Shown piece by piece: positions 55,039 to 58,690 of a stretch of DNA of 58,690 bases (positions within the stretch are counted from its first letter, which is position 1; each line of letters begins with the position of its first letter). Source of the DNA: Candidatus Saccharimonadota bacterium. GTDB taxonomy: Bacteria > Patescibacteriota > Saccharimonadia > Saccharimonadales > AWTP1-31. The DNA lies in the NCBI GenBank assembly GCA_052034955.1, contig JBPOHZ010000009.1, forward strand, positions 1-58,690, read 5' to 3'. Under the pieces are notes generated by a model. It had not been told where the DNA came from and did not search any database. It saw only the letters and a program-made list of their open reading frames with translations. Position numbers and translations under genes: made by a program.

Positions 55039-55839
55039 CTATTTCTGCTGCTTTGGGTTCCAAGGGAAGAACTTATTAGTCTTGGTGGCGTACTTCTTGT
55101 AATCTGGGTTCTTGGCATACTTCTTTTCTAGCATCGGCACACCCGAGACAAAAAGTATTAAGGTAGTGATGACTAACGGTCCAATAAGCCCCAGAAGTTT
55201 GTAGCTAGTAGGTAGGGTTGTTGCACATAGAATAATCCATAATCCCCACCACTGAGTGACCTCGCCAAAGTAGTTGGGGTGTCGAGTGTACCGCCAAAGT
55301 CCGGACTGCATGACTTTGCCTTTATTTTTAGGATTAGAAATAAATGCGCTGAGCTGCCAATCGCCTACCGCTTCAAAGAAGAATCCAAACAACCAAGTTA
55401 TCACTCCTGCCGCAGCCCAGACACTTAGGTCGGTTTTGTGTGGAATACCAACGGTGATGATAACTGGAAGTACGACAGCCAAAAGAAGTAGTCCCTGGAG
55501 GATAAATACTTGCAGGAAGCTGCGCACAAAGAAGTACTTCCCCCAATCGTGTCGCCACTTGGCATAACGAAAATCCTCATCCTTATTCCGGTTTCGTAGA
55601 TATATATGACTGGCTAAGCGTAGTCCCCAGATAGTTGTTAAAGTTAGGCTAAGCGGTGCCAGGCTACCAAGTTCACTAGATGCCGTCGACGCCACAACGG
55701 CTACAAATACAAATCCAAGTCCCCAGGCGACGTCTGCAACGTCGTTTCTTTTTCGTAAGACCGACACAATAAACCAGAATGTCATGTAGCTAAATACTGA
55801 TAATGAACACGTAATAAGTAAAGTTTTTATATCGTTCAT
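55039..55839 (-). CDS. DUF1295 / steroid 5-alpha-reductase-like membrane protein
   Basis: Start at ATG 55839 (MNDIKT). YLRNRNKDEDFRYAKWR and RHPNYFGEVTQWWGLW motifs. Multi-TM. Confidence 0.75.
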   Translation of the reverse strand: MNDIKTLLITCSLSVFSYMTFWFIVSVLRKRNDVADVAWGLGFVFVAVVASTASSELGSLAPLSLTLTTIWGLRLASHIYLRNRNKDEDFRYAKWRHDWGKYFFVRSFLQVFILQGLLLLAVVLPVIITVGIPHKTDLSVWAAAGVITWLFGFFFEAVGDWQLSAFISNPKNKGKVMQSGLWRYTRHPNYFGEVTQWWGLWIILCATTLPTSYKLLGLIGPLVITTLILFVSGVPMLEKKYAKNPDYKKYATKTNKFFPWNPKQQK

Positions 55840-55897
55840 GCTTAATTTAATATTACCACAGTCCTGTTTGGGCGAGTTACGGTAGAATGGGTAAAGC

Positions 55898-57232
55898 ATG
55901 ACGCAGAAACAAGCTCTCAACATACTAAAACTTGGTAGAAATGTCTTTTTAACCGGAGCTGCCGGTAGTGGTAAAACATATGTACTTAATAAATACATTA
56001 AGTACCTAAAGAAGAACCACATACCAGTCGCTGTTACGGCCTCTACAGGTATTGCGGCAACTCATATGAATGGCAAGACTAGTCATTCTTGGGCCCATAT
56101 TGGAATTAAAGATTACCTTACGGCTGTCGATCTAGAACATATGTTTAAGCGAAAAGAATATCGAGAAGCTATTTCTGAAGCTAAAGTCTTGATAATCGAT
56201 GAGGTGTCGATGCTCCATCACTTTCGACTGGATATGGTTGACGCTGTCCTGCGCAAGATGCACGGTAAGAAAGACGAGCCTTTTGGCGGTATTCAGGTAG
56301 TGCTATGCGGTGACCTCTTCCAGCTGCCACCGGTGACCAGGACTGGACGTGCCGAGTATATTACAGCCTCCAATGCCTGGGAGCAGATGGATATCCATAT
56401 CTGCTATCTAACCGAGCAGCATAGACATGACGACGACGAGCTTAGTCAGCTACTAAACGAAATGCGATCTGGTGAAATTAGCGATCAATCCCTCGAAAAA
56501 TTACACGCCCGCAAGGATGCCAAGCTGAAGGGCAAGATTATTCCGACAAAGCTTTACACACACAATGTAGATGTCGATCAGATAAACAATGCCGAGCTAG
56601 ATAAGCTTCTTAGCGAAGAACACGAATATAAGATGACCCACAAAGGAGATAGGGCGGTCGCTAAGGCTCTAATGGCTAGCTGTTTATCACCAGAGGTACT
56701 GAAGCTCAAAAAGGGTGCTGCGGTTATGTTTGTGCAAAACAACTATGCCAAAGGCTACGTCAACGGTACCTTGGGTGTGGTAAAGGAATTTGATGGCGAT
56801 GGGCTGCCGATCGTTAAAACTGCAGAAGGCAAGAACATTACAGCGGCTATGGGGAGCTGGAGGGTAGAAGAAGGTGACGACGTGGTCGCCGAGATAAATC
56901 AATTACCGCTTCGCCTGGCCTGGGCAATCACAGTTCATAAAAGCCAAGGTATGACGCTTGATGCCGCCCAGATTGATCTTAGCAAATCGTTTGTTCCGGG
57001 GATGGGCTATGTCGCCCTGTCGAGGGTTAGAAGTCTAGATACACTTTGCTTACTTGGCTTAAACGGCCGCGCCTTGCAAGTCGACCCCCGTGTTATCGAG
57101 CTTAACCTGCATCTCGTCAAAGAGTCTAATCGACGCAGTAACAGTGTAGACTCTTATAATCCAGAAGAACTGGTTGAGGCTCAAGAATTGTTTATCAAGG
57201 AGCTAACCTACAGAGGAACCTTGTTTAGCTAG
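55898..57232 (+). CDS. Pif1/RecD-family (SF1B) ATP-dependent DNA helicase
   Basis: Walker A GAAGSGKTYVL, DEVSM, CGDLFQLPPV and TVHKSQGMTLD. Confidence 0.85.
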   Translation: MTQKQALNILKLGRNVFLTGAAGSGKTYVLNKYIKYLKKNHIPVAVTASTGIAATHMNGKTSHSWAHIGIKDYLTAVDLEHMFKRKEYREAISEAKVLIIDEVSMLHHFRLDMVDAVLRKMHGKKDEPFGGIQVVLCGDLFQLPPVTRTGRAEYITASNAWEQMDIHICYLTEQHRHDDDELSQLLNEMRSGEISDQSLEKLHARKDAKLKGKIIPTKLYTHNVDVDQINNAELDKLLSEEHEYKMTHKGDRAVAKALMASCLSPEVLKLKKGAAVMFVQNNYAKGYVNGTLGVVKEFDGDGLPIVKTAEGKNITAAMGSWRVEEGDDVVAEINQLPLRLAWAITVHKSQGMTLDAAQIDLSKSFVPGMGYVALSRVRSLDTLCLLGLNGRALQVDPRVIELNLHLVKESNRRSNSVDSYNPEELVEAQELFIKELTYRGTLFS

Positions 57233-57780
57233 CGGGCAACTGTCATGACACGGTTCATGGCAGAATACAGCCTTAGATCATGTTCCTTCAATGCTTTCTG
57301 ATAGAACTGCCACAACACATCGGCGTCATCTAGGGCTCGATGTCGATCCTGGACAGTAAAACCATGAGAGGTGATTAGCGTATCCAGGTTATGCCTACGT
57401 TGCTCAGGGTACAGTACTCTTGATAATCGGACGGTACAGAGTCGGTCCATATTAAACTTTATTCCCATTCTCGAGAACTCCATTTTAATGAAGTTATAGT
57501 CAAAACTTACGTTATGGGCAACAAAGATTGAACCCTCCAGCATGTCCAATAAATCTTGGGCAACTTCAGAAAAACTCGGGGCACTGGTTACCATACGGTC
57601 ATTGATACCGGTTAATTGAGTGATAAACGTTGGGATAGTTTCCTGGGGGTGAATTAACTGGCTCATTTTTCTGACCACTTTGCCATTTTCAACTCGTATT
57701 GCACCAAGTTCTAATACCCTAGAGTTAAGGTGACTTCCTCCGGTGGTCTCGATGTCCAAAAAAACAAGCGGTTTATGCAT
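57229..57780 (-). CDS. DnaQ-like 3'-5' exonuclease (DEDDh)
   Basis: Exo I FLDIETTG, Exo II VAHNVSFDYNF, Exo III HRALDDA. Confidence 0.85.
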   Translation of the reverse strand: MHKPLVFLDIETTGGSHLNSRVLELGAIRVENGKVVRKMSQLIHPQETIPTFITQLTGINDRMVTSAPSFSEVAQDLLDMLEGSIFVAHNVSFDYNFIKMEFSRMGIKFNMDRLCTVRLSRVLYPEQRRHNLDTLITSHGFTVQDRHRALDDADVLWQFYQKALKEHDLRLYSAMNRVMTVAR

Positions 57781-57865
57781 TACTCTATAATACAGAGGTT
57801 TGACGCTAGATGTCCCAATGTTATACTAAACTAGATATCAATCAACGTAGTGGAGGGAAACACTA

Positions 57866-58147
57866 ATGGATCCAGTAACAGACGATCAGACTAATTTATC
57901 AACCGATGCCGCAGCCGTGGTACCTCAAGATCCAACTGCTCCAGTTGATCCAGTGGCTCCAGCAGCCGACCCAGTTGTAGAAGCACCAGCACCAGAGAGC
58001 GTCATTAGCCCTGATGGCGGCGAAGCAGTCTTGCCACGGCCAGACATGTCAGAACCAATGGACATCCCAGCCGTAGATCCAGTTGACCCAACAGCTACCG
58101 GTGGCACAGATCAAGTACCACCAGCACCAACAGCTGGCGCCTTTTAG
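57866..58147 (+). CDS. hypothetical Pro/Asp/Ala-rich small protein
   Basis: 93 aa with repeated DPV(A/D)P units. GGAGGG RBS. Confidence 0.4.
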   Translation: MDPVTDDQTNLSTDAAAVVPQDPTAPVDPVAPAADPVVEAPAPESVISPDGGEAVLPRPDMSEPMDIPAVDPVDPTATGGTDQVPPAPTAGAF

Positions 58148-58159
58148 ATAGGGAATCTG

Positions 58160-58435
58160 GTGGAAAAGTCTAAACAAAAACATTTTGATAGAGTTTTTCA
58201 CGATAAAGATGGTCGACTATCGCTATTTCAAAAGCCAAACCCACCTTTAATAGGGTGGGTTTTGTTTTTGGTTGCCAGCAAACTCACTTCTGGAACACCG
58301 GAGGCCGCATTTAGCATTTTGTCATTTGGTGCATTATTTACATGGGCTTGGTTGGAGCTATTTCAGGGAAGCTGTTATATGCGCAGGGCACTAGGCTTAT
58401 TGATACTAATTGCAATAACTACTAGCAGGATATGA
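58160..58435 (+). CDS. hypothetical small membrane protein
   Basis: 91 aa, GTG start after AGGGAA, 2-3 TM segments. Confidence 0.45.
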   Translation: MEKSKQKHFDRVFHDKDGRLSLFQKPNPPLIGWVLFLVASKLTSGTPEAAFSILSFGALFTWAWLELFQGSCYMRRALGLLILIAITTSRI

Positions 58436-58690
58436 GTAGAAAGAAGATCATGATATTTATTCTAGCTATAATTGGGCTACTAGTTTTATTTGAGGTACTG
58501 GCTTTGCTTATGCTGTACCGAGACATTGCCGGATTCGATAAATATTGGAAACAACGAAACAAGCAGCCAGGACAGTTTGTTTATGTAGCACTTGGAGACT
58601 CTGCGGCCCAGGGTCTGGGTGCAAGCAGTCCAGAAAAGGGGTATGTTGGCCTGATTGCCAAGCGAATCGAACAACAATCTGGCAAAAGCA
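58432..58690 (+). CDS. SGNH/GDSL-family hydrolase, 5' partial (runs off the window end)
   Basis: Open frame from ATG 58432 (ATGA overlap with the upstream stop). A signal-anchor is followed by the block I motif YVALGDSAAQG. Confidence 0.6.
   Translation, partial: MSRKKIMIFILAIIGLLVLFEVLALLMLYRDIAGFDKYWKQRNKQPGQFVYVALGDSAAQGLGASSPEKGYVGLIAKRIEQQSGKS

Overview
Densely coding bacterial window read with the standard genetic code: all three stop codons terminate intact housekeeping genes, so there is no sign of stop-codon recoding. The gene content suggests a small, reduced genome of the Patescibacteria/CPR (Saccharibacteria-like) type, but this is inference only. Supporting signs are phosphoketolase plus acetate kinase, a minimal peptidoglycan and phospholipid gene set, and many membrane-anchored proteins of unknown function.

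Recognisable housekeeping genes:
- Replication and translation: ligA, leuS, rpmF, nusB, rnc, rpsP, a KH-domain protein, trmD, typA/bipA, a DEAD-box helicase.
- Carbon metabolism: xfp-ackA.
- Envelope: murF-ddl plus a class IV aminotransferase, psd-pssA, lemA-htpX.
- DNA metabolism: a Pif1/RecD-like helicase and a DnaQ-like exonuclease.

Seven tRNA genes are present, all with genomically encoded CCA: Leu-GAG, Val-TAC, Phe-GAA, Gly-GCC, Cys-GCA, Leu-TAA and Ala-GGC.

The best candidate for an undescribed system is the locus at about 9.7-16.1 kb. A Fur-family regulator sits next to a translationally coupled pair of unknown proteins, one of which carries three H-V-C-x3-C-E-H repeats. The locus also holds a small His-rich protein, a PF03773-type permease with its TIGR03943-type partner, and a secreted beta-propeller protein. 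A similar promoter-region motif recurs upstream of a distant 778-aa HExxH membrane protein at 19.7-22.1 kb.

Other notable observations:
- A recurrent extended -10 element sits 6-7 nt before the ATG, implying leaderless mRNAs.
- tRNA-Gly and tRNA-Ala carry compensatory changes at the elbow pair 19:56, and tRNA-Cys has an aberrant T-loop.
- The tRNA-Phe 3' end is duplicated next to a decayed Doc toxin gene, which looks like the scar of an integrated element.
- Several short promoter-to-terminator units could be small RNAs or leaders.

No CRISPR array, rRNA, transposase or integrase was seen.
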